From positions 5,620 through 69,619 of the forward strand of contig JAPKEQ010000001.1 of NCBI GenBank assembly GCA_028821995.1: a stretch of DNA of 64,000 nt. The letters run 5' to 3'. The notes under the pieces were generated by a model. It made no database searches. It saw only the letters and a list, made by a program, of their open reading frames with translations, and had not been told where the DNA came from. The DNA comes from Alphaproteobacteria bacterium. GTDB lineage: Bacteria; Pseudomonadota; Alphaproteobacteria; UBA2136; JAPKEQ01. This document shows positions 63,676 to 64,000 of the stretch, piece after piece (position 1 is the stretch's first letter; the number at the start of each line of letters is the position of its first letter). A program made the translations under genes and the position numbers.

Positions 63676-64000
63676 TATGAAGTTTATTGAAGCGGACATT
63701 CCATTTCCATATGCAGATCATGCCTTTGGTACAAAAGAAGGCAGCCATGACAATGTGGAAGAAACAATCCGTGATTACACAGAACTCCTCGGCCCCATCG
63801 CCCATATGCGCCAAGTGCATGGCGATCGTATTGTTTATGCGGGCGAGCCCCGTGTTTATCCTGAAGCAGATGCACTTGTAACTGACCGCCCAGACCTTTG
63901 GCTTGCGGTTAAAACAGCAGACTGCGTGCCCGTGCTTCTCAGCTGTCCGCAAGCTGTTGCGGCAGTTCATTGCGGATGGCGCGGCCTGCAACAAGATATT
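63676..64000 (+). CDS. pgeF: Peptidoglycan editing factor PgeF (YfiH/DUF152, purine nucleoside phosphorylase-like), 5' part; continues beyond window
   Basis: ...QVHGDRIVY...VTDRPDLWLAVKTADCVPVLL...AVHCGWRGL, the hallmark YfiH motifs. Confidence 0.85.

Overview
This 64 kb window is a densely coded chromosomal segment that is roughly 40-45% GC by eye. Gene content is alphaproteobacterial and possibly from an intracellular or endosymbiont-type lineage. The evidence for that is an rpsL-rpsG-fusA operon with no tuf downstream, RppH, BolA/Grx4, a SUF-only Fe-S system with sufE unlinked, and hldD/lgt/pgeF at the end. No rRNA genes, tRNA genes, CRISPR arrays, transposases or integrases were found by reading.

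Housekeeping genes present (to be confirmed by homology search): gltX (5' part), secA, rpsO, truB, rppH, sfsA, map, radC, bolA, grxD, ligA, recN, bamD, the Rrf2-sufBCDS-sufT-sufA operon, fusA, rpsG, rpsL, djlA, proC, hldD, lgt and pgeF (partial). Many clean intrinsic terminators are visible.

Most interesting region, 49.8-58.4 kb: a compact, apparently complete type IV filament (T2SS/T4P-like) cluster. It contains a GspE/PilB-type ATPase with a tetracysteine zinc motif, a two-domain GspF/PilC-type platform protein, GspL/M-like membrane proteins, a periplasmic protein of unknown function, and a short TadV-type prepilin peptidase. It also encodes three pilin-like proteins, two of which share a non-canonical leader/N-terminal motif (basic leader, then G-A-x-F-G-x-D-A-R-V-A-L) that matches neither the type IVa/b nor the Flp pilin consensus. 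No secretin is in the cluster.

Second region of interest, 33.1-36.6 kb: two tandem paralogous class III nucleotidyl cyclases share an unrecognised roughly 50 aa N-terminal domain. One looks catalytically degenerate and carries a long acidic disordered linker. The pair sits between sufE and the suf operon.

Further oddities:
- an orphan SdhA/FrdA-like flavoprotein;
- a membrane-anchored histone-H1-like AKKP-repeat protein;
- an Stf0-type sulfotransferase overlapping ligA;
- a candidate sRNA in a 500 bp AT-rich gap;
- identical terminator hairpins flanking one gene;
- a palindromic motif shared between the cytochrome c terminator and the pilin promoter region.
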